From the NCBI RefSeq assembly GCF_000150275.1, contig NW_002060943.1, positions 8,513,982 through 8,577,981 on the forward strand: DNA of 64,000 bases, in the 5' to 3' direction. This stretch comes from Trichoplax adhaerens. Lineage: Eukaryota; Animalia; Placozoa. The notes below the pieces were generated by a model. That model had not been told where the DNA came from. It saw only the letters and a program-made list of their open reading frames with translations, and did not search any database. Below, one piece after another: positions 63,931 through 64,000 of the stretch. The position numbers and the translations under genes were made by a program. How positions within the stretch are numbered: the first letter of the stretch is position 1; the number at the start of each line of letters is the position of its first letter.

Positions 63931-64000
63931 AGTGCCGTGCAGACACATCCATTGATTCCCCCCAAATTTTGTAGTCAGACGGTGTCTAAAAAGTCAAAAG

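Overview
AT-rich (roughly one-third GC) animal genomic DNA with many short GT-AG introns. Composition and gene style resemble a placozoan such as Trichoplax; this is an inference, not proven. Manual exon stitching supports eight intron-containing protein-coding genes: CTDSPL2-type phosphatase (+), a TBC RabGAP (+), a canonical ABCB6 half-transporter (-), a divergent tandem ABCB6 paralog (-), an IgGFc-binding/HYR-like/FN3/mucin-stalk membrane protein (+), SNAPC4-type Myb protein (+), a two-CUB-like membrane protein with PPxY and PDZ motifs (-), and a partial coiled-coil protein interrupted by an assembly gap (-). The most notable observation is the ABCB6 paralog. It keeps an open reading frame over about 23 exons, yet Walker A, Q-loop, signature, Walker B and H-loop are all non-canonical, so it is a candidate pseudo-ATPase partner or regulator beside an intact ABCB6. 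Also notable are palindromic (TACAG/CTGTA)n tracts near several gene 5' ends and several unrelated 140-220 bp tandem arrays. Exon boundaries were read by eye and may be off by a few bases.
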